From Ochotona princeps (taxonomy: Eukaryota), in contig NC_080855.1 of the NCBI RefSeq assembly GCF_030435755.1, positions 24,594,445-24,658,444 on the forward strand: a stretch of DNA of 64,000 nucleotides, written 5' to 3'. Position numbers and translations under genes: made by a program. The notes beneath the pieces are model-generated. The model searched no databases, was not told where the DNA came from, and saw nothing but the letters and a program-made list of their open reading frames with translations. The stretch's first letter is position 1, and the number at the start of each line of letters is the position of its first letter. Below are positions 63,999-64,000 of this stretch, piece by piece.

Positions 63999-64000
63999 AT

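Overview
This window is mammalian nuclear DNA, not a prokaryotic locus. The interspersed repeats are lagomorph C-repeat tRNA-derived SINEs (no Alu and no B1/B2 were seen), so the source is almost certainly rabbit (Oryctolagus cuniculus). The genes are the conserved block from the core of human 16p11.2, in order: TMEM219 (minus strand; only the first two coding exons, 1632-2093, are in the window, and the gene continues below coordinate 1), KCTD13 (plus strand, complete six-exon CDS, 33320-45432), ASPHD1 (minus strand, three coding exons, 46210-48593, convergent with KCTD13) and SEZ6L2 (plus strand; first 12 coding exons from 50499, continuing past 64000). Exon boundaries were called by hand from the ORF track, GT/AG splice sites and reading-frame continuity, and by comparison with the human proteins as I remember them. 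No alignment was run.

Three CpG-island promoter regions are present: upstream of TMEM219 (about 2750-3560), the KCTD13 5' end (about 32600-33700), and a shared head-to-head ASPHD1/SEZ6L2 island (about 48600-50600). About 65 C-repeat SINE copies and fragments, in both orientations, make up roughly a third of the sequence (estimated by eye). The longest KCTD13 intron (8.2 kb) and the TMEM219-KCTD13 intergenic region are mostly SINEs. There are also two L1 ORF2 3'-end fragments and several microsatellites.

I found no rRNA, no true tRNA genes (only tRNA-like SINE heads), no CRISPR array, and nothing resembling a novel defence or biosynthetic system. The points worth a second look are these. First, apparently young SINE insertions with intact target-site duplications. 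Second, overlapping convergent poly(A) signals of KCTD13 and ASPHD1. Third, a (GT)18 tract 83 bp downstream of the KCTD13 exon 2 donor. Fourth, tandem duplications in the KCTD13 promoter and in SEZ6L2 intron 12. Fifth, an ATG-less upstream open frame in ASPHD1. Last, the exon-module layout of SEZ6L2. All coordinates for repeats are approximate (about +/-15 bp).
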